From Mobula hypostoma (Eukaryota): 64,000 nt of DNA. The position numbers were made by a program, and so were the translations under genes. Positions 1-12,124 of this stretch are shown one piece after another. The notes below the pieces were generated by a model that saw nothing but the letters and a program-made list of their open reading frames with translations, did no database searches and had not been told where the DNA came from. Within the stretch, counting starts at the first letter, position 1. Every line of letters starts with the position of its first letter. The stretch spans positions 4,092,001 through 4,156,000 of the forward strand of contig NC_086111.1 in assembly GCF_963921235.1 (NCBI RefSeq). Direction: 5' to 3'.

Positions 1-27
1 TGGTAGGTCAAATATGATGACAGAATA

Positions 28-574
28 TTAGATTAGATTAAATTATGAGGACACGCAGTCCACTTTTATTGTCATTTAGTAATGCATGTATTAAGAAATG
101 ATACAATGTTCCTCCAGAATGATATCACAGAAACAGAGGACAAACCAAGACTGAAAAACTGACAAAAACCCCATAATTATAACATATAGTTACAACAGTG
201 CAAAGCAATACTGTAATTTGATAAAGAACAGACCATGGGCACAGTAAAAAAAAGTCTCAAAGTCTCTCGAAAGCCCCATCATCTCACGCAGATGGAAAGA
301 AAAACTCTCCCTGCCATGAACCTCCAGCGCCGCAAACTTGCCAATGCAGCACCCTGGAAGCACCCGACCACAGCCGACTCGAGTCCACCCGAAAACTTCA
401 AGGCTCCGACCAGCCCTCCGACACCAAACACCAAGCACCATCTCTGCCAAGCGCTTCGACCACGGCCCCGACAACAGGCAATAGGCAAAGCCGAGGATCT
501 GGGGCCTTGCCCTCCAGAGATTCTCGATCGCATAGTAGCAGTGGTAGCTATTAATTAATACTATACTTTATTAA
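28..574 (-). mobile_element. Non-LTR retroelement 3' fragment inserted into a CR1 LINE
   Basis: Interrupts the CR1 sequence ...GACAGAATAT / AGTATTAATGGTAAGACTC. Starts with a TTTATTGTCA plus short-repeat tail, i.e. a reversed polyA signal and tail. Confidence 0.55.
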
Positions 575-1266
575 TATAGTATTAATGGTAAGACTCTTGG
601 CAGTGTGGAGGATCAGAGGGATCTTGGGGTCCGAGTCCATAGGACACTCAAAGCTGCTGTGCAGGTTGACTCTGTGGTTAAGAAGGCATATGGTGCATTG
701 GCCTTCAGCAATCGTGGGATTGAGTTCAAGAGCCGAGAGGTAATGTTACAGCAATATAGGACCCTGGTCAGACCCCACTTGGAGTACTGTGCTCAGTTCT
801 GGTCGCCTCACTACAGGAAGGACATGGAAACTATCGAAAGGGTGCAGAGGAGATTTACAAAGATGTTGCCTGGATTGGGGAACATGCCTTAGGAGAATAG
901 GTTGAGTGAACTCGGCCTTTTCTCCTTGGAGCGACAAAGGATGAGAAGTGACCTGATAGAGATGTATAAGATGTTGAGAGGCATTGATGGTGTGGATAGT
1001 CAGAGGCTTTTTCCCAGGGCTGAAAATGTCAGGGGTAAGTTTTCTTTAAAAAAAGCAGAGAGTAGTGAGTGTGTGGAACGGGCTGCCGGCCATGGTGGTG
1101 GAGGTGGATACGAGAGGGTCTTTTAAGAGGCTGCTGGATAGGTACATGGAGCTCAGAAAAATAGAGGGCTATGGGTAACCCGAGGTAATTTCTAAAGTAA
1201 ATACAGGTTCGGCACAGCATTGTGGCCAAAGGGCCTGTATTGTGCTGTAGGTTTTCTATGTTTCTA
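575..1266 (+). mobile_element. CR1-family LINE 3' fragment (ORF2 C-terminus plus 3' UTR)
   Basis: ORFs 605..892 and 902..1126 carry LVRPHLEYCAQFWSP and LFSLERQRMRSDLIE motifs. Ends in a (TTTCTATG)n tail. Confidence 0.9.
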
Positions 1267-1329
1267 TGCAAATAGAAGTGTTTGCTAATTTCATTCCTGA
1301 AAAGTCTGATTCTAATCTTTTTGAATCCC

Positions 1330-1465
1330 AAACAAGAGAAAATCTGCTGATGCCGGAAATCAAAGCAACAGACACAAGATGCTGGAGGAACTCAGCAGGC
1401 CAGGCAGCGTCAGTGGAAAAGAGTAAACAGTCAATGTTTTGGGCCCAGATCCTTCAGCAGGCGGC
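1330..1465 (-). mobile_element. Penelope-like terminal repeat (pLTR) fragment with decayed hammerhead motif
   Basis: Matches the repeated GATGCTGGAGGAACTCAGCAGG...CAGTC...TTCAGCAG unit seen about 15 times in the window. Confidence 0.75.
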
Positions 1466-1949
1466 TTTAGTCCTTGGGCCCCCAACAACAGGAAATACCT
1501 TTGCTACACCCACCTTCATCGTGCTTTAATACTTTGCTGAAGCATCCCTTCTCTGCCTTTAAATTCAGGAATCATAACTTTACTTTGCATAATTCCCCAC
1601 CGACATCTAACCAGTGCAGTCCTGGGAAGTCCCTTTTAGATTTCCAATTTCTTCCTGAACGGTCTGCCCTTTCACTGTCCCAATCAGGACACAAAATTAG
1701 GGCAAACGAAATCCAATTGTTAAAATATTTCTTGAAACTCATCCCTGTCTCAACAAAATTATTAGCCCAATGAAAAAAGCGTCCGTATACAAAACAGCTC
1801 CAAGCAAAGTGTAAATGTAAATTTAAAATTCAACCTCCAGAAGCAACTTTATCAAAAGGATTTTTACATACCTTTTCGTGTCATAGACAAGTTATGGGTT
1901 ATAAAGAAAGAAAAAAAGCACACCATCTGTTAATTTCTGCGATCAATAC

Positions 1950-2420
1950 ATGGATATGATCCTAGAAAAGAAAGGGTTAACATGTGAGAAGCATTTGATG
2001 GCTCTGAGACTGTATTTAGTGGAGTTTAGAAGAATGATGGGAGATTTCATTGAAAACTATCAAATATTGAAAGGCCTAGATAGAGTGGATGTTTCTCATA
2101 GTGTGGGAGTCTCGGACCAGAGAGCACAGCCTCAGAATAGAAGGATATACTTTGAGAACAGAGATGAGGAGGAAATTTTTAGCCAGAGAGTGGTGAATCT
2201 GTGGAATTTGTTGCCACAGATGGCTGTGGAGGCTAAGTCGTTGAGTATATTTAAAGCGGAGGTTGATAGATTCTTGAATAATAACGGTATCAAGGGTTAC
2301 GCAGAGAAGACAGGAGAATGGGGTTAAGTGGCATAATGAATCAACCATGATGGAAATGGCACAGCAGGCTTGATGGGCTGAATAGCCTTATTCTGCTTCT
2401 ATGTCATATGATCCTATGTA
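1950..2420 (+). mobile_element. Decayed CR1 3' fragment
   Basis: ORF 1950..2327 has FSQRVVNLWNLLP and FKAEVDRFL. Confidence 0.85.
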
Positions 2421-3360
2421 GTGGTAGAAAGTAGCTGGCCGAAACTTGTGAGACAGCGCTAGGAAATTAACAGAACATTAACAGTTAAATTGCCTAAGGA
2501 CAATGTAGATTATACAGAAGAATACTGCAAAACTGCATGTTGCTGTCGTCTCCATAACACTGATAAGCAAAAAAATCAATGTTTTGGTAAAGAGGACAGA
2601 CAGCGGAATGCACAAAAACATACAATGTTAAAAACAGTGTTAAAAGTCAAGGTATCTATGTTTCAACTGAGACCAAAAATATAATGAAAAGCATATGCTT
2701 GGAATAATTTCCCGGCCAGCTCAACAACAAAGCTGAAGTATAAATGTGGTAAATGTCACCTCAGGTCTCAGTTTTCAAACTTTGATTTTGTCTGAAGTGC
2801 ATTGCCTTCAGTTTATTAGTCTTGAGGAGGAAGGGAAAGTTCAATCAGAGATGAGTATCCGTGATATTGACCTATACTTTGGGGGAGCCTACGTGCAAAT
2901 AAGTATTATTTTAGTTCCGCAGAATTGAAAATAACCAGTAATGTAGAGTAGAATGGTCATGCTTTAAGCACCCTTTCCACTGAGTTTCTGATCTCAGCCA
3001 GCTTCTGAGAGAAGACCAGGTAGAAGCAGACTGCCTGGTCAACACGCTGGGCGGAAGAGAGAACAGAGCAGATGTTGCCGGATGATCTCATTAACCTGCT
3101 GGGGTGCAGCCAAAAAGCTGAAAAGCAAGAAGCCTAAGAAATAACATCCATTTCCAATAGTCAGCTACACAATGTGGGTAAGACTAAAACAAACAACAAA
3201 TAAAATAATTCCTATCAATTTATTAGGTGCCAGAATAAAAAGGCATTGGGTCCTGGATATACTGGAAACCACAGGCTGAAGGGGATAAGGACACAATTTT
3301 TCTGAGGGAGGGCAGTGCGTAAAAAGGAAGAAAAAACAAGAAAAGCTAAGATAGAGAAAG

Positions 3361-3375
3361 GAGAGACAGAGCAAC

Positions 3376-3416
<41 letters not shown>

Positions 3417-3436
3417 CAGAGAGACAGATAGACAGA
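3361..3436. repeat. (GA)n microsatellite
   Basis: Imperfect GAGAGA run seen directly. Confidence 0.9.
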
Positions 3437-4359
3437 GGTTCCCAACTAAAGTGTTTTTTAAATTATATTTTGTTGAACACAGATCAAGTAAAAACCATGC
3501 TGTTTTTACATATCTGTGATCCAAAGAGTAGGAATTATAGAGAAATTGGCACTGATGCAAGCAGAAAGGATTTATTAATAGACTTAGTAATCCTTTAGAT
3601 TTAAAGAATAAAAACATTTCCAGTGAGAACAAACTAAAGGAAAACATTTTTTCTTTATGCTAGAAATTCTATTTTCTCCAGCTCATTGAATTTTCCCCAA
3701 TGAATGTTTTGTAACTTGGCCAAAGAGAAAGATATGTTAACCCTTCAGTGTAAGTCACATTATATAGCATTTAATGTGCAGCAACAGAACTTTATTTCCA
3801 AAGTTCAAAGAAAAATCTATAATCACAGTGCATACATGTCACCACATACAACCGAGATTCTTTGTATTGCATGTCCTGCAGTCGATTTATATTGTGCAAA
3901 CATCAGCTGTCTTCAAATAAGACAGATCTTTTAAAAATAACGTGTAAACAATTTCAATTGCTTCATATCACATCAGCATTGCAAAAAAATGTATATCAAA
4001 TATTCTTGTCCCAGAGGGTTTTTATATTTACCTTAACAACTAAACAATAATTTAATTTTCTATGTCATTTCAGATAAATCCAGGATAGAATGCTTTTCAT
4101 ACATCTCAATCACAGCCTGCTTTTTAGTAAGTTAAATCTCATATTAAGAGGAACAGCAGATTAAGGGCTACAGTAGAAAAGCTATTACTGTCTGCACTTG
4201 CAAATATAAATGCTATCAAGTGCTTAAATAAAATCTTCACCTTTTATCTTTATTTTCCAAAGGTTGGTACATCCATTACGTCCATGACAAATGTCAGTTT
4301 GAAATTACACGGAGTTTACTTTCATTTAACTGTGCACATAAAGCACATTTTCAGATTCT

Positions 4360-4497
4360 ATGTGCTGATGAAAGGTTTCCGCTGAAACATCAACTGTTTA
4401 TTCCTCTTCAACAGATGCTGCCTGACCTGTTGCATTCCTCCAACATTTTGAACGTGCTGCTCTAGACTTCCAGCATCTGCAGAACCTCTTGTATTTC
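4360..4497 (+). mobile_element. Penelope-like pLTR fragment with hammerhead core
   Basis: CTGATGA...GAAACATC followed by GATGCTGCCTGACCTG...CCAGCATCTGCAG. Confidence 0.75.
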
Positions 4498-5699
4498 CAG
4501 GTTCAAACTGAGCACATCATATCCATTTAGCAGTCAAACATAGAGTTCATAATGTCTTTCAGCAGCATGAAACTTTATTCATAAGAACTAATAAACCAGT
4601 GATTTCTTTCTCCAATTTTGATTTCGCCCTTCCCTTGTATCATTGCCTAAAGGGCATTGTACACAAGTAATTGGAAACAAGGGTCTCTTCACTTGAAATT
4701 TGGTTAATTTTTGTAATAAAAACATGAATTCAGCAGCTCATGGAATATTTGTCGTGCTGTTTGTGCAAATCCGTTAGACAAAATATAATTCTTCATAGCC
4801 TGCCAGACACTTCGGCTGACTCTATTTGTGAGTCTTTTGAAATAATTAAAGATATTCATGTGGATCTAAACAAGTATGCAATATATGAACTGGAAGCAGA
4901 AAAATGCTCAAAAGGAATACTAAATATTTGCAACCTAGTACAATGCAAACATACTAGCAGTGTAGAGTTTCTATACACAAACGTGGGGACTAAACAAAAT
5001 TAAGATTTGATTATTTTTCTACAAATGATTTTTTTAAACATATGCCGAGACCAGAATCATATTCAAAGGGGTTTCAATGTAATAATAACCCGTTCAAGAT
5101 AGTTATGGAAACTGATACAAATTCCCAACTGATCTTCCTGTTATAAAACAGTAATAAGAGAAGTGGATGGAGATAGGAAAGGGAAATTTGTGTGTGGAAT
5201 AGAAAAAATATGGTCTTTTGCCTGCGCCATTTCTAATTGAGGAAAAGTTTGCTCATGCTTTTATTACATTTTGGTTGGACTACTCTGATACACTCCAGCT
5301 TCATTTATTCTACTCTTCGCAAACCTAAGGTTATTCAAAATTCTGCTACCATATTTTGTATGTTGTCCCCTTCATTCATCACACTTTTGTTAATCAACAC
5401 TGAATCTCAGTCAAGCCATACCCTGATCTTACGTTTCAGCTCTGCTTCCAGGCTCCTAGGCTCAACATATCTGTCGTCTCCCCCAGCTGTTTTACAATCC
5501 AAGAGATCCATCATCCTTTAATTCTGGCTGCTAGCTCATCCCATCCCTGCAATCACTCTACCACGGGCAGCCGCAGCTCTAACCGGCAAAGCCCAGAATC
5601 TTAACATTCCCTTCTTGGCTAAATTTGTAATTTCACATTTCTTGTAAGTCTCACCTTACATTTTGTTACGTAATACCATTAATATCAGTATTCAATGGA

Positions 5700-6120
5700 A
5701 CATATTCAACATTCAAAGAAAATTTATTATCAAAGCATGTATACGTCACCATATCCTACCCTGAGATTCGTTTCCCTGCAGGCATTCTCAGTAGAACAAA
5801 GAAATACAGTAGAATCAACGAAAGACTACACACAGACTGACTGACAACAAATATGCAAAAGACAAACTGTGCAAAATGCAAAAACAAAGAAATAAATAAA
5901 TCTGAAAACATCAGCGTGGAGTCCTTGAAAGTGAATCCATAGGTTGTGGAGCCACTTCAGTGTTGAAGTAAATGAAGTTACCCGCGCTGGTTCAGGAGCC
6001 TGATGGTTGCAGCTCAATAACTTCCTGAACCTGATGGTGTGGGACCTAAGGCTCCAGCACTTCCTCCCCAAGGCAGTGGTGAGAGTGTGATCTGTTCTGC
6101 TGATGGAGCTGGCCATTTTT
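5700..6120 (-). mobile_element. Rex1/L2-like LINE-derived 3' fragment
   Basis: ORF 5826..6116 (GRKCWSLRSHTIRFR) resembles the Rex-type ORF end. Reversed AATAAA plus tail. Confidence 0.65.
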
Positions 6121-7129
6121 AATCAACTACTGGGCATCAGCATGTGGATGTGAAGACAACGCAAGTGTAGTGACGGGAGTGGGGAAAGGTGAACAATAGT
6201 AAAGCTCCAGAGGTGAAAACCATTGTAAGTGATTCTTTAGCCTTGGCTAGACAAAATTCAATTGAACCCGCCAAACGTAGTCTTACCCGCTGCGTAGTGG
6301 AGGGGAGACAGTTTCAATTTTCAACACCAACAACTCACACAAAATGAGGAAGGACAATAACAAGATTTCAGTGCTGTGGCAAGAATAAGAAAGGTTTGAG
6401 CATGTGCCTCAGGATACAAAACACTAACTGAGAAAGATGCAGCAACCAAAGATTTAAAGTAATCTAAACGGTCTCTGGAAATTCTCTCTAAATCCTATGA
6501 TAAAGATAAGATGCAATTTTGGGCGCTGGAATTAAAGTCAGCCTAACAGGCTTCAAAGCTGCAACTTTCCTTCGGTACTTAGATATAATGATAGTGGCAT
6601 GTAGACTAGAAAAAAAATGCTTTCGTCTGCCTGTTAAACTAACTTTAATTCCAGCATTCTGTACTTCAGTAGTTGTCTCTGCGTCGCTGCAGACGTTCCC
6701 TCCAGGTCACTCTCGCTTGTCAAAGGGCAGTAAATCCAAGTACTTTGGTGAGATTGGCGAGTTAATCAGTCTGAAGATGTCCCAGCAGTAACGCAATGGC
6801 GACCATTGTTTCTCACGGGGGTCCATCCATACAACACAGCGTAACCAACTTGGAAACGGCTCTCTGTAGAGGCAGAACCAGGGTGCCACCGATCCAAACA
6901 CGGCCCCCTTCCATCTCGTTTTAAGACTCAAGCTCAAAGAGAATAACCTCGAAATTGCGGAAGTTTGAGACGTTCTCGCCAATCTCGCAGGACAGCAGGA
7001 CATATATTTTAGAATGTGATTCCACTCAGATCCTGGTACAAAATCTTAACGTCTTCCAACAAACAAATATAATCAATTCCTAAACCCGAAACCCGATTAA
7101 AACCCAATAAACATTTGGATTGTACTCAC

Positions 7130-7212
7130 GTTCCCAGGACTTCCTTGAATTCGTACGCCACTCTAATTTCCCCCTTCTTTTTCCATGTTTTATCCATCTC
7201 TCCGAGAGGCAT
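7130..7212 (-). CDS. CAMK1: Calcium/calmodulin-dependent protein kinase I, first coding exon. Full exon is 7130..7241 including 29 nt of 5'UTR; the rest of the gene lies left of the window.
   Basis: Translates MPLGEMDKTWKKKGEIRVAYEFKEVLG(T), matching the CaMKI N-terminus up to the Gly loop. Acceptor ttttcag at 7242-7248, donor AC|GTGAGT at 7129. Syntenic with TADA3 and ARPC4. Confidence 0.88.
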
Positions 7213-7494
7213 CCTATGTAGGCAGACTGCTGCTCTCTCCACTGAAAACAGAGCGGAGGAATCATATTTACTTGCACTGCATACAGTCAGCAAAGGAGAC
7301 TCAGCCTCCAGCTGAAGACTCCAAAGGTGCTCGTTCCACGATCGCTACCGAAGCAAAGAAACAAACATGATCCCTTCAGACCCGCTTTAAGAGATGCACC
7401 CAAATATGAATTCGACAAGAGTTCTCTTTCAAGAAACGTCCACGATCGCTCGCTGCAACAAAAAAAATAATAATTCAGATGCAATGCTTCTTAC

Positions 7495-7600
7495 CTGCGT
7501 TTATTTGTATCCGATGCAGAGAGTGACAGTTCCCCGTGTGCGCTGGAGGACGGAGACTCTCACTCTACCTCTCGCCCCATCTAGTGATTGCCCCGGGCTG
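7495..7600 (-). other. CAMK1: CAMK1 non-coding exon 1 (5' end approximate)
   Basis: Strong donor CAG|GTAAGA at 7495/7494, just downstream of the promoter motifs and 253 nt upstream of the exon 2 acceptor. Confidence 0.7.
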
Positions 7601-7760
7601 CTGCCGCAATGACGTCATGGACCCACCGGCGGGGCGGGGCTCTTGGCTCCTTACCAATCAGGGAAACAGGCTGCGATCTCTCCGTCCTATCGCAGGAGGC
7701 GGGGGGCGGGATTGCGAGGTAACGCTGACCAATTGAGAACAAGCGAGGGAGCCAGCCAGT
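7600..7760 (-). promoter_or_regulatory. CAMK1 proximal promoter: CRE, GC boxes, CCAAT boxes
   Basis: ATGACGTCAT palindrome 7609-7618; GGGGCGGGGC ~7631-7640; GC box ~7698-7710; CCAAT 7654-7658 and 7729-7733; locally CpG-rich. Confidence 0.8.
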
Positions 7761-10465
7761 CGCTTATCACTGGACGGAAGAGAATCAATGAACCATTCTT
7801 CAGATAACAGGCGACCAAAGAATGAGAGAGAACGTTTTTCTCCCTCGCTATTGATATTTTCATTTATCTGAGAAGTTGTTATGCTTGTTTTGCGTTTATT
7901 TGGTCGTGTAAGTTATGCATAATTTCAGATTCAGATGTATTTATCTCATTAAATTGAAACATGCAGTTTAATGTTCTGTTTGCGTTAACACGCGACACAC
8001 GGAGGGATGTTTGTGTAATATACGGTACTGCTGCTGCAAAAAAACACATTCTCATGGTATTCCCATGACAATAAAATTGAACTTGAGAAGACTCCGATAA
8101 TAAATGTACTTCCAATTGCTGTAAATAGACTTATCCAAATATCTCAGTAGCATGTGCTTGATTACATCAAACAAGTTTTAAAAGAAAAGTCAATATCGAG
8201 TTTAATGTCATGGACAAGTGCGATGAAAAACGCTTGCAGCAACATCCCAGACATATAGTAACATATAAGCCCTATTCGCAAGAGAAAAAAACATAAATGA
8301 ATCACAATATTTGCAAGAAAACACAATGATTATGAAATGAAATATTTAGGCAGAGACTACACAAAGGAATGCAAAAGGTGCAAAATGTAACTTTTGTAGG
8401 AAATACAAAAGGAGCATTGGTTTCTTAATTCCCTCATGAAATAGAAGGAGGCTGTTCAGCTGACTGAGTTTATGCTGCCTCATACAGCAATGTCATCCTC
8501 TAATTTTACCTGTAACCTACTGGGGTTCAGCTATGCCCATGAGAATGTAACTTACTTTGAATTATTATGGAAGCTTCATTTGTCAAACAGGTGGGGAAAA
8601 ATTATATCTTCCATCTAGTATTAACTAACTCGGACAGCAATAGCAGTAATTATGTTGTAGAAGACAGCAGAAATAAAGTACGATAGTCAGATTGGTACAC
8701 GATGCAAAGAAATAAAGGAACAATGGACGAAGCCTGAATAGGTGGTCACAAATATCGTCTAATGTGTTAGTGAGGTAAGGTGTTGGCGATTATCTTAACA
8801 CCAAAGGTGACAGAGTAAAGAGAGACAGGAATGTCAGTATCAGAACAAACTGAAGCTTTGGATAGTTAAGGAATTATTTATAATGAATATACATGATAAA
8901 AAGAAGATGGATAAGGAGAGACAAGGTCACTGCCTCATGATTGAGACATCAAAGGGGATTCCTGAAGAATTCACAAAAAGACAACCAAAGTTTGATATCC
9001 AATACACTGCACACCTCTGAGCACAGTGCTTGCAGCGTGAAAAAACTGAACAGAATATATAAACAGACGTCTCAAACCTTGAAGCAACACATAAGAATAT
9101 CCTGAGTCTGGAACTCAGTCGATCAACCTTACAAGGTGATGCTAGTGGCAGACAATACTGAGACGGGATGTAAATGCTTCTCTGTGTCCTATACATTGAA
9201 TAAGTATTACTTTCAACATCTTTAATCAAAACTTGGTAGCCACTTTGAGGTACCACCTGCAACCAAAAAGCTGGCACTGAGTGTTCATGGTCATGGTCTT
9301 CTGCTGCTGTGACCCATCTACTTCAAGGTTCAAAATGTAGTGTGTTCAGATATACTCTCTGAGATGCTTTGTAACTCCAAAACATAAAACTAATTAAAAG
9401 AAAAAGATGGGTGTCCATAATGCTTGTACCTTAGTTTCATTTTTACTTTAAGCGAGCCACCTATGTGGTGACGTGGTGACATGATGACGCATGCCATTCA
9501 CGTACTTTTACATATAACCCATAATGAATTATGTAAACAAGGAATGCTTAATCAAATAAATTTACAATACTACAGAAATATTAAATACACAACATGCCTC
9601 CCTGCTTAGATATAAACTCCAATTCAATATAGAATGCATCTCAACTACAAACATATTCAGTACATATAAAAACAGTGTGCTGGAAAACTATTCAGCCCCC
9701 AACCCTTCGTTCACATAAATAAGTATTACAACCAAGGATTTTGATCAATTTAACTGTGAATTTTAATTTGTGAATCACACCCACCATTGTTCCTGTACCT
9801 AAAAAGACCAAGATAACATGCCTGAATGACTGGCTCAATAATAAGCAAATGCTTTGAGAGGCTGGTCAAGGACTACATCTGCAGCTTGCTACCACCCACA
9901 CTGGACCCCTACAATTCACCTACCGACACAACCGATCGACTGATGATGCAATAGCCACAGCTCTGCTCACCTTCCTTACACATCTGGAGAAGAAGGATGT
10001 TTATGTGAGAATGTTGTTCTTGGACTACAGTACAGCATTCAACACCATAATTCCCTCCAGGCTCAACAAGAAGTTCAGAGACCTTAGCCTTCAGCCTGCC
10101 TTGTGTAGCTGGATCCTAGGCTTCCTGTCAGATCATCGGCAGGTGGTAAGAGTGGGCTCCCTCACCTCTGACCCTTAATACAGCTGCCCTTCAGGGCTGT
10201 GTCCTAAGCCCCCTCCTTTACTTTCTGTATACCCATGACTGTGTCACCTCCCACAGCTCCAATCTGCTAATTAAATTTGCTTGATGACACTACACTGATT
10301 GGCCTAATCTCAAATAATAATGAGGCAGCCTACAGAGAGGAAGTCATCACCCTGACACAGTGGTGTCAAGGAAATAACCTCTCCCTCAATGTTGCAAAAA
10401 CAAAGGAGCTGGTTGTGGACTACAGAAGGAATGGAAACAGGCTAACCCCTATTGACAGCAATGGA

Positions 10466-11599
10466 CCCAAAATGCTGGTGGAACGCAGCAGGTCAGACAG
10501 CATCCATAGGAAGAAGCACAGTCAATGTTTCGGGCCAAGACCTTTCGTCAGGACTAACTGAAAGAAGAGGTAGTAAGAGATTTGAAAGTGGGAGGGGAGG
10601 GGGAGATCCGAAATGATAGGAGAAGACAGGAGGGGGAGGGATGGAGCTAAGAACTGGAAAGTTGATTGGCAAAAGGGATACAAGGCTGTAGAAGGGAAAG
10701 GACCATGGGACAGGAGGCCTAGGGAGAAAGAAAGGGGGAGGGGAGCACCAGAGGAAGATGGAGAGCAGTCAAGGAGTTATTATGAGAGGGACAGAGAGAT
10801 AAAAAAGAGAGAGCAAAAAAAGGGGAGGAATAATAAATAAATAAATAGATAAATAACGGATGGGGTACGAGGGGGAGGTGGGGCATTAGCGGAAGTTAGA
10901 GAAGTCAATGTTCATGCCATCAGGTTGGAGGCTACCTAAATGGAATATAAGGTGTTGTTCCTCCAACCTGAGTGTGGCTTCATCTTGACAGTCCCATTCC
11001 CATTCTGATATGTCTATCCACGGCCTCCTCTACTGTCAAGATGAAGCCACACTCAGGTTGGAGGAACAACACCTTTCTGGGTAGCCTCCAACCTGACGGC
11101 ATGAACATTGACTTCTCAAACTTCCGCTAATGCCCCACCTCCCGTTCTTACCCCATCCCATCTTTATTTAGTCATTTATTTATTTATTTATTATTTCCCC
11201 CTTTTTTTCGCTCTCTCTTTTATCTCTTTCTGTCCCTCTCACAATAACTCCTTGTCTGTTCTCCATCTTCCTCTGGCGCTCCCCTCCCCCTTTCTTTCTC
11301 CCTAGGCCTCCCATCCCATGATCCTCTCCCTTCTCCAGCCTTGTATCCCTTTTGCCAATCACCTGTCCAGCTCTTGGCTCCATCCCTCCCCCTCCTGTCT
11401 TCTCCTATCATTTCAGATCTCCCCCTCCCCCTCCCACTTTCAAATCTCTTACTATCTCTTCTTTCAGTTAGTCCTGACGAAGGATCTCAGCCCAAAACAT
11501 CGACTGTGCTTCTTCCTATGGATCCTGCCTGGCCTGCTGCGTTCCACCAGCATTTTGTGTGTGTTGCTTGAATTTCCAGCATCTGCAGATTTCCTCGTG
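10466..11599. mobile_element. Fold-back Penelope-like insertion: two inverted 3' arms, each with a hammerhead motif
   Basis: Arms 10466-10992 and 11032-11599 are reverse complements. The right arm encodes the GIY-YIG C-terminus (HGLLYCQDEATLRLEEQHL..GSLQPDGMNIDFSNFR*). TSD TTGACA(G/T)CAATGGA at 10452-10465 and 11600-11613. Confidence 0.88.
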
Positions 11600-12124
11600 T
11601 TGACATCAATGGATCTGGGGTTGAGAGGGTGAACAGCTTTAAGTTCCTCGGCATACATACCATCGAGGATCTCACAAGGTCTGTGCATACCAACTGTGTG
11701 GTGAAAAAAGCACAACAGCGCCTCTTTCACCTGAGATGGTTGAAGAGTTTGAAAATCATAAGGACTTTCTACAGGGGCACAATTGAGAGCATCCTGACAG
11801 GCTGCATCACTGCCTGGTATGGGAACTGTACTTCCCTCAATCACAGGACTCTGCAGAGAGTGGTGCAGACAGCCCAGCGCATCTGTAGATGTGAACTTCC
11901 CACTATTCAGGACATTTACAGAGACAGGTGTGTAAAAAGGGCCGGAAGGATCATTGGGGACCCGAGTCACTCCAACCACAATCTATTCCAGCTGTTACCA
12001 TCCGGGAAACGGTACTGCAGCATAAAAGCCAGGACCAACAGGCTCTTGGACAGCTTCTTTCACCAGGCCATCAGACTGATGAACTCTTGCTGATTTGAGT
12101 GTATTTCTATGTTATATTGACTGT

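Noticed and set aside
4585-4660. Minus-strand stretch resembling a second CAMK1 N-terminal exon (PLGND...WRKK)
   Set aside because: Needs a frameshift after the ATG, hits a stop, and lacks the EVLGT end and a donor. Likely coincidence.
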